From Octopus bimaculoides (Eukaryota): a stretch of DNA of 64,000 bases. Shown here in pieces: positions 39,986 through 53,167 of this stretch. Numbering within the stretch: position 1 is the stretch's first letter; each line of letters starts with the position of its first letter. Made by a program: the position numbers and the translations under genes. The stretch is taken from the NCBI RefSeq assembly GCF_001194135.2, contig NC_068990.1, positions 3,173,704-3,237,703 on the forward strand, read 5' to 3'. The notes under the pieces are model-generated. The model worked only from the letters and a program-made list of their open reading frames with translations, searched no databases and was not told where the DNA came from.

Positions 39986-40134
39986 CCGTGCAGGTGCATT
40001 AATTTAATACATTTGTAAAATTAATCTTCCGGAAAATCTATAAGTGATAGAATATTTAAGAGAAAAATATTTTATACGCATGTCTTGTCTTAAATATAAA
40101 GATAATTAATATCAAGGAATAATAATAGTAATAC

Positions 40135-40137
<3 letters not shown>

Positions 40138-40165
<28 letters not shown>

Positions 40166-40217
40166 AAGAAGAAGAAGAAGAAGAAGAAGAAGAAGAAGAA
40201 GAAGAAGAAGAAGAAGA
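40138..40217. repeat. (GAA)n microsatellite
   Basis: Directly visible. Confidence 0.98.
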
Positions 40218-41031
40218 GAACCTAGCAATGGCTGCAGAAAGGAGACTTAAAAGGGTCCACGAAGGCATTAGTGTGCAGTGCTCAAGAACAAGCTTACAGA
40301 ACAAACTACCCCAAATATCACATTGATAAGAGCCCTTACTCGCCACAGTGTAGGATGTGCTCTGAGATGGGAGAAAGTATAAGCCATATTGTGAGTGAGA
40401 GCTGTAAGTCACACATCGCGAATACAAAAGGAGACACGACAATGTAGTCAGATATGTCCACTGGGTATTGTGCGGTGAAGCAAACCTCGAGAGAGCCGAA
40501 CAATCGTTTGAACACAAACGAAAGGGAGTATTGGGAAACGAACATTACAAAACAATTTCGGGATTATAACATGCAGTGCGACCAAGTCATAGAGGCGAGA
40601 CGACCAGATATCGTACTCATCCATATAGATAAAAAAAAAGAAGTAAAGATAACAGATGTTGCAATACCAGGCGATTCGAGGGTGAGAGGCAAGGGAACAG
40701 AAAAGACTGAGAAATGCCAGCCACTGCGGGACGCGATAGGAAAGTTATGGAACATGAGGAATGTAATGGTGATACCAGTGATAATTGGAGGATTAGGAGC
40801 AGTTTCCAAGGGTTTTCAAAAATATATGAAGAATATTGGAGCTGCTGTCAGGCTCGAGCTGATCCAGAAAATAGCATTGTCGGATACAGCGCGCATACTG
40901 AGGGGAGTATTGTCTCTTTGAGTCACAGGAGAAGACACTACTTAAAACCTTTGGTGATTTGTTATTGCCTGCTTTCAAGTAAAGAGCAACCGGTAATTAA
41001 GAACTATCCGAGAGTCTTTCAGAATAGACAA
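40218..41031 (+). mobile_element. R4/Dong-like LINE, 5'-truncated 3' end (divergent family)
   Basis: WLQKGDLK..AQEQAYRTNY..CRMCSEMGESISHIVS..YKRRHDNV..RRPDIVLI..ITDVAIPGD..IPVIIGGLG..TARILRGVLSL*; ends in (TAA)n. Confidence 0.93.
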
Positions 41032-41102
<71 letters not shown>

Positions 41103-41104
41103 TA

Positions 41105-41320
41105 ATAAAAATCCTTTCTACTATATGCACAAGGCCTAGAATTTGTAGGGAGGAGAAAAGTCGATTACATCGACCCTAGTGTCCAAATGGTGCTTCTTTA
41201 CCGACCCCGAAAGGATGGAAGACGAAGTCGACCTTGGCGGAATTTGATCTCAGAACGTTAAGACGGACGAAGTGCCGCTAAGGGTTTTGCCCGGCGTGCT
41301 AGCGGTTCTGCCAGCTCAGT
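41105..41320 (-). mobile_element. SINE family A whose (ATT)n tail is the (TAA)n after the LINE
   Basis: aatcctttctactatatgcacaaggcc tail through ggttctgccagctc head. Confidence 0.92.
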
Positions 41321-41382
41321 ATTCTTCAACGCACTCATTGTTGATTTAGTCGCATTGCATTGCAATACGCGATTAAACATAC

Positions 41383-41455
41383 AGGTCTATGTAGTCGTTC
41401 AACCTTATATAAAGAGCGCCAAAATCTCTTTTAGTCTCTAAGACACACTTAGAGT
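41383..41455 (-). CDS. Weak candidate coding exon (73 nt, phase 1 to 2)
   Basis: Strong acceptor ttcttctcttttttccag, frame DSKCVLETKRDFGALYIRLNDYIDL, donor CCT|GTATGT; unrecognised. Confidence 0.25.
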
Positions 41456-41916
41456 CTGGAAAAAAGAGAAGAATATCACAGTTGAAATTCCTTTTATCAT
41501 AGGTCTCAGCTAGATTTAAATAAAAAGAACGGAACCAAAACCGAATAGCAATCATTGATATCTGATGCAGAAAGCAAAGGCGCCAAATTTCAAATAAAGA
41601 CGCTAATATCAACAGTGATCTGCTTTACACCTCCAGTAGCCACTTCATTCAGAGGATGAGAAAGTCAGAGCACAATAAAGAATTCTTTTGATGATCCGTT
41701 ATGATTTAGATTCCAATTACACTCGGAGCATTTCTTCTGCATTTGCTCTGTAAATCAATCCTAACTAGTAACACTACTAAACATAATAGTAACCCATCCA
41801 CTCTGCTGGAAGCAAAGCAGGTGGTAATACGTTACAAGGAACTCTAGACGCACCAGTTACAGTTTTCGGTTTCTTATATATCAGATGTACACACCAGATG
41901 AATAAGCATATATACA

Positions 41917-41965
<49 letters not shown>

Positions 41966-42042
41966 GTCAGTCTGTCTATCTGCCTGTCTGCCTGTCTGTC
42001 TGCCTGCTTGTCTGTCTGTGTTTGTGTGCGTGTGTGTGTGTT

Positions 42043-42081
<39 letters not shown>

Positions 42082-42157
42082 TAAAGTCAAACATTGAGAA
42101 TTAGTGCTGAATGATTATGCTTTATTGTGGGTTAACAAGACTACTACTGCTTCAATG

Positions 42158-42216
<59 letters not shown>

Positions 42217-42332
42217 ATATATACGCACACACATATATGCATGTATATATATATATGTATATATATATGTTTGTATGTACACATATATGTATGTATATAC
42301 AAATAGACAGACACTGATAGATAGATAGATAA

Positions 42333-42407
<75 letters not shown>

Positions 42408-42882
42408 TTCGTTACTTCGGCAGCGGGTTTATCTCTGTCCGACTTAGAATGAATATGGCATTCGGAGACTTTTCCTTATGATGTTTATGTCAAAGTACTG
42501 ATAGTTTGAAATAACATTTTGAACACACCCACAGAGAGAAAAAATAAAATTCATATAAGGCCAAACCTTGGTAGTCATTAAATTGGCCATGGTCGGTGTG
42601 TTACTAGCAAAGATCTCAAATAAGAAAACGACTATACACGATATTGTGTTGTGAAGAGCAACATGTAAATGGGAATGCACACACACACACACACACACAC
42701 AAAGAAACCAGTATGAATGCGAGGAGTGGGTATGTGTTTAGGTGTGCGTGTATATAAGTGATGCTGTTGCTTTCTTTGCAGTTCGATCGGAACTTACGAA
42801 GCAGCATCACTCTGAAGTAGCTAACTGCAACAACACCTGCAGAATCAGCTTCTTCGCTTAGCGACCGCAGCAGCAGTAACAC

Positions 42883-42947
<65 letters not shown>

Positions 42948-43810
42948 CCAGTAGTACCAGCAGTAGTAGGAGTAGTAGCACCAGAGGCGGCGGCGGTGGT
43001 GGTCGTGGTGGTAGAGGGTGATAATAATAGACAATAAGTCATTTCTCTATCAGATCAATGGAGGTTGTGCTATTTTTCTTGTTGATTTTGCTGGTTCCGC
43101 AGTTTCTAGTGTTGGTTTGTTGTTGTTTTAACCAAACCCTACACCACCCGCTTCATCGACTTTGTTCAAGTGAAAATTCCATTAATTAATGGAATTTCAG
43201 TCATAAACATCTGATTGCCTTTTAGGCATAGTGAATCTGGAACTATATTATATCCAATGCGTCCTTGCATTGAAAATAGGAGGAAAATTGAAATAATTTA
43301 TAGAAGTATGACTACTGTTTCTAGAAAACTTTGCGACCACTTACAGTCTGCTTCGTCGACCGATTATTTGTTTACTTGCTAATAGGCGTGATGGTCGAGG
43401 GTGAAATGTCATAGCGGATAGTCTATCTTTTTCTTCCCCACTTTCTTCCTCTTTATGTATTCAATATAATCTCTTTTCTCTCCTTCTCTTTTTACATATA
43501 CACAGAAGAAATAGAACTATATACATAGGAGTAAGAATTTTGATAATACGCTGAAGAATTTTAGTAAGTGACTCAAGGATCTAGAGTATCAAGAATCGCG
43601 TTTTACAATGTACAATACTCAGAGCTGTCGCTGCACGAGTTATTTAATTTGCAGCTATTTAATTACTTGCATACTTATGTGTGTGTGTGCCTCCTGTGTG
43701 TGTATACATATATATGTATGTATGTATGTATGTGTGTATAAGTATGTATGTATGTATGCATGTATGTATAAATAGATAGATATGTATCTATCTATCTATC
43801 TGTCTATCTA

Positions 43811-43880
<70 letters not shown>

Positions 43881-43943
43881 CATATATATACACGCCCACA
43901 TGCACATAATATATATGCACGTATAATATTATATAAATCTATT

Positions 43944-43979
<36 letters not shown>

Positions 43980-45417
43980 CAAACACACACATACATGCAT
44001 ACATAAATACATACATATGAACGTACGTATACACATACGTACGTGCGTGCGTACATACATACATACATACATACATATATACATACATACATGCATACAT
44101 ACACGCACCTGTCTTCAATTTTCTCGTTCTCTTCCCTTCTTCATTATACATGATTTCCTTCCTATCTGCGTACATCTATCTATATGCCTAGTCATGTCTT
44201 GATCTATTTATCTATCTGTCTGTCAATTCAGACATCTACCTAACTATCAATTCATTTATCTGTCACTCGCTGCATTTGTCTTTCTGCCTTTATCTCTGGC
44301 CATATATGTATATTTTATATCAATATATGAATATCTCTGCAAAACTATCCCTCTGTTTCACTTTCAGTTAATTTATCCGCCCTCGCTACATTTGATTATT
44401 CTGTAATCTTTATTTCAGTCCTTCTTTCCGTATTGCAGCTCGTACCAGTACACCACACACACACGCACACACACACACACACGCATATATATATATACAC
44501 AAACACATTCGGACGCACATGGACACATGCACACACACATAGACACAAACACTCAAACTCGAGTACACGCATAATACATACGCACATACGCACACACACA
44601 TGCACAGATACGCAGACACAACCTCTCAGATTCACAGATGCACACACACACACACAAGCTGCCGTATACAAGCGCACATAAACCACACACATACACAAGC
44701 AATGATACATACACAGAGCTATTGCATCACGTCTCTCACTCTCTCTCTCTCTCTCATGTGTTATTTTCTCTCTGTCTCTCACAATCAATCTTTGAGTCTG
44801 TCTCTCAGTCCGGCTCATTTTTCTCTCAAACTTTCCCAGTTTAAATTCATTAGCCTTATTGTTACTTTCCCCTTCCTCTTGTTGACCTTCTGCTTGACTN
44901 NNNNNNNNNNNNNNNNNNNNNNNNNNNNNNNNNNNNNNNNNNNNNNNNNNNNNNNNNNNNNNNNNNNNNNNNNNNNNNNNNNNNNNNNNNNNNNNNNNNN
45001 NNNNNNNNNNNNNNNNNNNNNNNNNNNNNNNNNNNNNNNNNNNNNNNNNNNNNNNNNNNNNNNNNNNNNNNNNNNNNNNNNNNNNNNNNNNNNNNNNNNN
45101 NNNNNNNNNNNNNNNNNNNNNNNNNNNNNNNNNNNNNNNNNNNNNNNNNNNNNNNNNNNNNNNNNNNNNNNNNNNNNNNNNNNNNNNNNNNNNNNNNNNN
45201 NNNNNNNNNNNNNNNNNNNNNNNNNNNNNNNNNNNNNNNNNNNNNNNNNNNNNNNNNNNNNNNNNNNNNNNNNNNNNNNNNNNNNNNNNNNNNNNNNNNN
45301 NNNNNNNNNNNNNNNNNNNNNNNNNNNNNNNNNNNNNNNNNNNNNNNNNNNNNNNNNNNNNNNNNNNNNNNNNNNNNNNNNNNNNNNNNNNNNNNNNNNN
45401 NNNNNNNNNNNNNNNNN

Positions 45418-45453
<36 letters not shown>

Positions 45454-45458
45454 TAGAG

Positions 45459-45507
<49 letters not shown>

Positions 45508-45633
45508 CATGCATACATACATAGAAGCATACATACGGATATGTTTCAAAAAATTATCAACGTTTTACAAAGAAAAGGAGACAGGGGAAAGGACAACAAA
45601 CAGGTCGTATTAGTTTGACTCTCATGGTGGATG

Positions 45634-45670
45634 TTCTGACGTTTCGAGCCAACGCTCCTCTCCAGAAGGG
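45634..45670 (-). ncRNA. Decayed minimal hammerhead-ribozyme-like motif
   Basis: Minus strand CTGGAGAG-GAGC-GTTG-GCTC-GAAAC-GTC. Stem II is perfect and GAAAC/GUC is present, but the core has G at A6 and stem I is poor. Confidence 0.45.
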
Positions 45671-45726
45671 AATGAGGAGAAAAACATGGAGAGAAAGAAA
45701 AAAGCCACCACTGAATTAACGGTACT

Positions 45727-45763
<37 letters not shown>

Positions 45764-46295
45764 CATACATAGAGAAATGTGTGTATAGGGGCAATGTAAT
45801 GTGATTAATATTAACGATCGAATCATGCATTTGTATTTCGTACTAAGAAAGCTTCCTTGATGCATCATTTTACCAGCTATATTGTCGACAAAGAACCACA
45901 ACCACAACCACAACAAGGCGAAGAAACACCAGTGACAAGAAATTCAACTGCAGCTACGACTCTAAACATTAGAAATACAACAATACAACAAAATAACTGT
46001 ACCCACAGCTAAATGACAATACCCACAGCAACAAACACCGCATCCATAGTGACCGTCAGAGCCAACGCTAGAGACAAAAGTGTTACAACAAACAAAAATA
46101 ACAAGGAATGAACACAGCAACAAAAGTCTAAATAGAAACAAAGAAAGACATCAGACGCAACAACAACAACAGTAAGTAAGAGGACAACGACGACCATCAA
46201 CAGTCATAACAACAACAGCGAAAGCTACAGAAATCAAAATGTCAACGTACGTCAACGACCACGGGACATATATCTATTAGCTCTTGCTAGCAACT

Positions 46296-46296
<1 letters not shown>

Positions 46297-46385
<89 letters not shown>

Positions 46386-46465
46386 TAATAATAACTGCTG
46401 CTTCTGCTACTACTACTACTATTACTACTACTACTACCACTACTTCTACTACTGCTGCCTTTGAT

Positions 46466-46499
<34 letters not shown>

Positions 46500-47085
46500 C
46501 AGCAGTAGCAGCAGTAGCAGCAGTAGTAGTAGTTGTAGCAGCAGCAGCACCAGTAGTAGTGGTAGTAGTAGTAGTAGTAATAGTAGTAGTAGTAGTAGTA
46601 GTAGTCGTAGTATTAGCTCACGTAATTTTGCATCTGTTACAAAAATCTGCTATTAGTAGTTGCCAGTAGCACCAAATGTATGGTTGCTGACAACAATAAC
46701 ACAACTACAGGGTGACGACGATGTCCAACAACAGCACCACACCCACCACCACCACCACCACACCCACCACCACCACCACTAGCATCATTCCACTCGCTGT
46801 CCCGGCAACATTGTCAATGCAGGAAGTGGATATCACACAGCAGCAGTAACTAAGTCATCGTAATGATCACCGTCGTCGTCATTATCATAATCTCTATCAT
46901 CTTCATCATCATCATCATCGTTGTCATCGTCATCGTTGTCACCATCGTCGTCATCATCATCATCATCGTTGTCATTATAGTGATCAGCGTCGCCGTTGTA
47001 ACTGTGATCATCCTCATCGCTCCCATCACTATCATCATCGTCGACATTCTGGACGTCGTCGTCTCCATCAATATCGCCGTCATAA
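46297..47085. repeat. Compound trinucleotide field (TAC, TAA, GTA, GCA, CAC, ATC/GTC)
   Basis: Directly visible; explains the poly-D, poly-I and poly-V ORFs. Confidence 0.9.
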
Positions 47086-47595
47086 ACCGTAGACAAATCT
47101 CGACAACCGCATCAACCCGAAGCACAATAACATTAACGTTGACAGTTACCGCTATATCAATAATGTCGGGAAGAGTTGCAGTTAACATAGTTGAGTCAGT
47201 GAACTTATATCAACTCACCGGGTTGTGTAGTTCAACGAGCAGACAATATCATGAACTACGAGAATATTTAAAATTAGAACACTTTGGGCATGGTCAATGG
47301 AATGAGAACAATTTATTTTTCGGTTGAACAAACGACTGAATTTGAAATTTCTAGATTGACGCTGAAGAAACTCGGAAAATGCAATGCAACGGTTATAGTC
47401 TGATTTATTCAGATTGCTGAGGGTCTTTTGACGGCCTTAATACAGTAAAATCGGTGAAGCATGCAGAGAAGACAAGTCATAATCATGACTACAATGAACG
47501 AATTAAATCACGCCGAACAATAAAATTAGATAAAATTAAGCAGAACTAAAGGTAAATCTGTAAATTTATAAGGAGAACCTATAAAATGATTACTA

Positions 47596-47812
47596 TTGGA
47601 TTGGTGCATAATTATTGCGGGGTTTTTTTCAACAAATTTTATTCAACAAAGACAATAACAATATTTAACAAAAACATCTTTAAATGACGGTCTGGCCGTC
47701 TGCCAAGCAAATGGGAAGCAGTAATTGAAGTAGATGGTGAATATGCTCCGGAATAATCATTTAAAGATGTTTTTGTTATATAAATAGCCGCAATAATTAT
47801 GCACCAACCCAA
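47596..47812 (+). mobile_element. mariner-derived MITE (217 bp) with TA TSD
   Basis: TIRs TTGGATTGGTGCATAATTATTGCGG / CCGCAATAATTATGCACCAACCCAA (1 mismatch in 25); internal RLPSKWEAVIEVDGEYAPE* corresponds to a mariner C-terminus. Confidence 0.92.
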
Positions 47813-48920
47813 TATATAATTATAGATAGATTTCCTAATATTTTAAGGTATCACATGAATACGAGAATGTCATAATATTAATTAAGCCCAGTAAATATAT
47901 GTAGAACAAAAGACAAACGCATTCCAAAACCGAGTTGCCGAATTTGATGTATGGGGTATCAAAAGATTCAGTAGGTTTTTGGCTACCAGCTAAACTATAT
48001 TTTCATTCACATATTTGCATTAAAAAAATTTAACATTATCATTTTTCTTTTAGTCAGCTGTCGTAAATGACTTTTTATATCACCATCTCAACCACGATGA
48101 CGTCACATTTTCTATATGAGTGTGTTCGCGCGTTCGTTACCTACGTTAGACCGATGACTGGCAAGTATAGGTGTGTGAAGGTGTGTCTGTTAGTATGCAT
48201 AAATGTTTGGGACGACTGACACTCACAGAGACAGAGATAGGTTTCAGGTGTGCGCTAATGCATGTGTGGGTGTGTCTTAATTTATGTATGTAACTTTCTC
48301 TCGCCTGACAGTGAAACGCACTGATATTGAAGTTTAGTTGCGACCTGGACTTTAAACGAAAACAACGTTCACTTTGAAGTACTACCAACATGAAGATTTG
48401 ACTGATTTAATACTACTCACAATATTCGCAAATATATCTGAAAAAGAATGATATTCTGGCTATTATAACAAATTCGGAAACTTGGCGAAGTAGAAAGCCT
48501 CAGCGTCTCTTTCAGTATAATTACAGACATGTTATTCTACTCCTTCTGACCAGTTTCAAGATAATGTTATTGTTAACACTCTTTGCATTCCTCCTATGCT
48601 TCTTCATCACTGTGAGTATCAACGTCACACAGCTTGTTTTACTGTGGTAGTCAGTATTTATTCTACAGCCGATAACGTCACACAGTTAAAACATATGTAG
48701 TGATGTCAGATTAATTTATGGTTCAATGTTTGTTTCAAAATTGGAAAATAAATTATTTTTGTATGAAAAATTGAATTATGCCTTCTGAATTTTCTTGGAC
48801 TTTCACTTTCTTCACCGTGATATTCAATCGTGAATTTTATAACATTTCCACATGCTCCAAATAAATGTTGACTTTCTGTACTTTGTTACATTGGTGACGC
48901 ATATTAACATTTGCTAATTT

Positions 48921-49079
48921 GGTGACTTTCCATTTTTTTATAGCATAACTATGCTATAAACAGTAAGTTTTGCACCTATATTGACGACATTTAGTATCTT
49001 TTGTTAAATTGATGACTTTCCATTGTTTTATAACATAACTATGCAACAGAAAATATGTTTCGCACCTATATCGACATTT
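48921..49079 (+). repeat. Imperfect tandem duplication, about 90-bp period
   Basis: tgactttccatt..ttata.cataactatgc..gcacctatat.gac occurs twice. Confidence 0.8.
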
Positions 49080-49219
49080 CCTTTCGCTTGAACTACGTAT
49101 GAGTACATTTTCCTTTCTTCAATATTATCAATGCTATGAGTGTGTGTGTGTGTGTGTGTATGTATGTGCGTGTGTATTTCTGCGTTCCTTACGTCTATCG
49201 TAAACTATAGTAAAGAACA

Positions 49220-49560
49220 TTTTGCGCTGTTTTAATGAGTCCACATCTAATGAAGTAGCCATCTTTATGGTTGGTGGTCCCCATGAAAGTCATGATATTC
49301 TCATTCATGTTCGAGATAAAGTCTCTCACGGATTCATCTCTCTTATCATGCTCTCCAGTATACTGTTAATCTGTGGAATAGATAAGATGGATATCATTTC
49401 AATTCTCCACGGATTGAACCTGCAACAGGGTAGCCAATTACAAACAAAAAGGTGTCGTCAAATGATTTCTATGTTTAACAACTTATGTTAAGACCAGAAC
49501 AATCAAATCAATTACACATATCAAATAAACTTTATTCTCATTTACATATTTTCGATGTTA
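49220..49560 (+). mobile_element. Helitron Rep domain remnant
   Basis: FNESTSNEVAIFMVG..DILIH, then after a frameshift YHALQY..W..DGYHFN..PATG..KKVSSNDFY..LMLR, matching the Helitron N.PT..EVA / YD.LQYP..GEDG motifs. Confidence 0.85.
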
Positions 49561-50065
49561 TCTCAACAACCAACTATAAGTTATTTCAAATACTCTTCTC
49601 TAGAACGACCAGGTTTTATTAGAAAATAGTGTAACACTTTCAATTTGAACCAAAATTACAAAGTGTTGCATTACGAGAGTGACGATGTGTGAAGAATGAA
49701 AATGATGTTTTTTCCGAATTAGTCACGTTTGTATTATAATAAAGAAAGCTGCTTATTATCTATCTACCAAATAAACTATGTTTTTGACTCAACAACTCTT
49801 TTTTACAACTAAAATAACCTCGGCAACTAGGTTGGGTCACACAATTTTCAGGTCATATTCAGACAATATTTCGATTTCCTTCTAATGTTTCACTTTCGAC
49901 CGATTTTTCACGCATGCGTAGAAGTCTACTCAAACATTTATGAAAATTAATACGTAAATATTGTATTAAAATAAACCACAACCAAAACAATTCCATTAAA
50001 AGACATCCATTTTGCTATATGTTATGAGGAAATACAGTCACACACACACACACTGNNNNNNNNNN

Positions 50066-50117
<52 letters not shown>

Positions 50118-51337
50118 GCGCACAGAAAAGATGTATGCATGTGTATTTATGGGCGAATGTAAAGAATACGCACTCCGGGTGTTTAGAGTGAGGGTTACGG
50201 CGAAAACGGGTGGTGTGCGTATTCTTTACCTTCACTATGTACGTGTGTATGAAAGATAATGTATGTGTGTGCGAGAGAGAAAGAGAGAGAGAGACTGAGT
50301 GCCATTTACACATGCATGCAAAATATTCATACATCGCAACACACATCTTCACTCACTCACTCTCTCCTCTCTCTCTCTGTCTCTCTCTCTCTATCTATCT
50401 ATCTCTCTTTCTTTCTCTGTAACACACACGTCCATTTCATATACACGTATATCTTGAACTTTCTCTTCTCTTTTACTTTCTCCTCTTACTTCAAAGCTAA
50501 TGTCGCCTTTTCCCTTTATCCTCTCTTTCGGTTTCTGCTCTTATCAAAGCATACAGAAATTAAAGCAATTTTACGAAAATTAACGAAAAATCATATGATC
50601 TCATATATGTCGAGTTAACATCTTTGCTACTTCAAACAAAAGAATGCCATATAATAACTTCCATTGATATACATACACGCACTCTTAGTAAAACGTCTGT
50701 GCGAATTATGTTATTTCTTGCAAAATTATGTTATTTCTTGCACACGTAAATTTACAACTCAAATCCAATTGAAATGATCTTTTTCTATAGTGTAATTTGT
50801 GTTTATGATGAGCGTATTTAAAAACTTGATCTTCGATATAAACTTAAAAGGAAGTTTTCCCAGAAATCCCGTCCTTTATCTCTTCTTTCTAGTATGTCCG
50901 AGATGATATTTCCGCCCCCACCTGTTTTTCATAAATTTTTCCCGATTCTTATGTTTGCGATACAGGAGATTAGTATTTCACAACAAAATATGTTCTCAAG
51001 ATATTTTCTCCCTCTCCACACCAAATTCATTTTTTTACTTTTTTCAATTTTTTATTCTTCGTAAAACATGGTAAAAAACAGAGAGTTTTACCCATCACCT
51101 CACCACTTTCAAAAAGCTACTTACTCCCAATTTTTCACTTTTCGCTTTTTTAGAAAACGGGTAAGTTTCTTCAGAAATAATGTCGTTTACCTGTTTTTTC
51201 TAGCATGTTGGGGTTTCTGGTGGTTAGTGGTGGTCCGGAATTTTTTTTAAATTCTTAACATGCGGGGAAACATCAGCCAGAAGTGAAAGATTGAGAAATT
51301 TTAGCTCTTTGAAACGTTTTATTTGTGTATTTGTTTC

Positions 51338-51440
51338 AGGTCGACTTTTCTTTTCCTCCTTCGGGGTCGATTAAATAACTACCAGTTGAACACTGCAGTC
51401 GATGTAATCGTCTTAATTCCTCCCACCGAAATTACTGGCC
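51338..51440 (+). mobile_element. SINE family A, 5'-truncated
   Basis: ggtcgacttttcttttcctccttcggggtcgattaaataactaccag. Confidence 0.8.
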
Positions 51441-51481
51441 ATGTGCTACAATTTGAAACCGTTATTATTAATATTTGTATT

Positions 51482-51553
51482 AGTAGTAGCAGCAGCAGCA
51501 GTAGTAGCAGCATCAGCAATAGCAACAACTGCAGCAGCAGCAGCAGTAGTAGT

Positions 51554-51585
<32 letters not shown>

Positions 51586-51586
51586 C

Positions 51587-51631
<45 letters not shown>
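51482..51631. repeat. (AGC)/(AGT)n compound microsatellite
   Basis: Directly visible. Confidence 0.95.
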
Positions 51632-51632
<1 letters not shown>

Positions 51633-51912
51633 TGTTGACCATAGCAATAGAATATTTCTCTAAGTATATCCATTGATTCAAGGCTAAGAATTTCATTTCC
51701 AATATTACATCTTATAATATTAGAATTGGTTAACCTTGCTAAGGCAGCCGCACTGTATGCAATCTATGCAGCAGAAAACCTCTTAAAATATTACGTGAGA
51801 AATGATCTTCTTAACAAACAGCGAGACACAATCACATTCCGGGAGCATCGATTTCTTAGAACGTTTATTTTTTAGCACAGATCCATATGCTTCAATCATC
51901 TTAGATAACTGT

Positions 51913-52124
51913 TTACTCTTTACTCTTTTACACTTTTATCTGTTTCAGTCATTTGACTGCGGCCATGCAGGAGCACTGTCTTTAGTCGCACAGATCGACC
52001 CCAGAACTTATTTTTTGTAAGTCTAGTACTTATTCTATCAGTATCTTTTGCCGAAGCGCTAGGTTACGGAGACATAGACACACTAACATCGGTTGTCAAG
52101 TGATGGTGGGGGGGACAAACATAA

Positions 52125-52184
<60 letters not shown>

Positions 52185-52340
52185 GACGGGCTTCTTTCAG
52201 TTTCCGTCTACCACATCCACTCACAAGGCTTTGATCAGCACAAGGCTGTAGCAGAAGACACTTGCCCAAAATGCCACGCAGTGAGACTGACCCAGGACCA
52301 TGTGGTTGTTAAGAAAGCTACTTACCACACGACCACTCCT
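51913..52340 (-). mobile_element. SINE family B, apparently full length (about 430 bp) with internal (TG)n
   Basis: tRNA-like head aggagtggtcgtgtggtaag..tcctgggtcagtctc, CORE/V-like ttgggcaagtgtctt, internal (TG)n, conserved 3' half, (AAAGAGT)n-like tail. Confidence 0.92.
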
Positions 52341-52989
52341 TTTAGCTGTATTTCGACAGAACATCCTTGTCTTAATTTTTATATTTCCTTCTTCATTTAC
52401 TGACTTGTATAAACTGGGTCTACTTAAAATTATTAAAGTCTTTTAAGTTTATAATACCTTAAAATATTTCAAATTCTGTTCATAGTTATGAAATAATTTT
52501 AGTTGTCCCTCCTTATAAAATTTCTAATTCTGCTTCATTTTCTTGTTCCACATTATCAATTCTTTACATTTTCGCTGCGGCTTCTATCATATCTTCTTTG
52601 TACACTTGAACGTTCTTGAACGCCAAAATATCCTTTGGCACTTGCTTAGCGAGAATACTTAACTGCTTTCCTCATTTTTTTAAAACTCTTTGTTTGCATT
52701 TCTTTCTTTTAATGCATTCTCTTTCCTCTTTTCCTCCTCATAATTAGATTTATGATTCGCCCTGACAAGTTTGGTTCTAAGCCCATTCGTGTATTCTTTC
52801 TATTTTCCTTTTTCTTTTTTTTTTTACAATAGCTTCATCCCTACACCATTTCCTCACTTATATTACATGTAACTGTCAATCCCTTAAACTTTCTTTCTAT
52901 TACTATTTTCCCCTCTCCAACGCTACCCCACCTACCCTACAATTTCCCTTTGTATGTTTATTGATGTTTCTATGCCCTTAAATATCCGT

Positions 52990-53167
52990 TTCTACTCTAC
53001 GGACAATGCCCGAAGTTTTGGGGGAGGAGGCCAGTCGATTAGATCGACATCACTATGCAGTTGGTACTTAATTTACCGACCCCGAAAGGATGAAAGTCGA
53101 CATCGTCGGAATTTGAACTCAGAACAGACGAAATACCGCTAAGCATTTTGCCTGGCGTGTCAACGTT
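52990..53167 (-). mobile_element. SINE family A
   Basis: agtcgattagatcgacatc..gaccccgaaaggatgaaagtcg..ctaagcattttgcctggcgtg. Confidence 0.9.

Noticed and set aside
50701-50742. 20-bp tandem duplication aattatgttatttcttgca
   Set aside because: Simple local slippage with no further structure.
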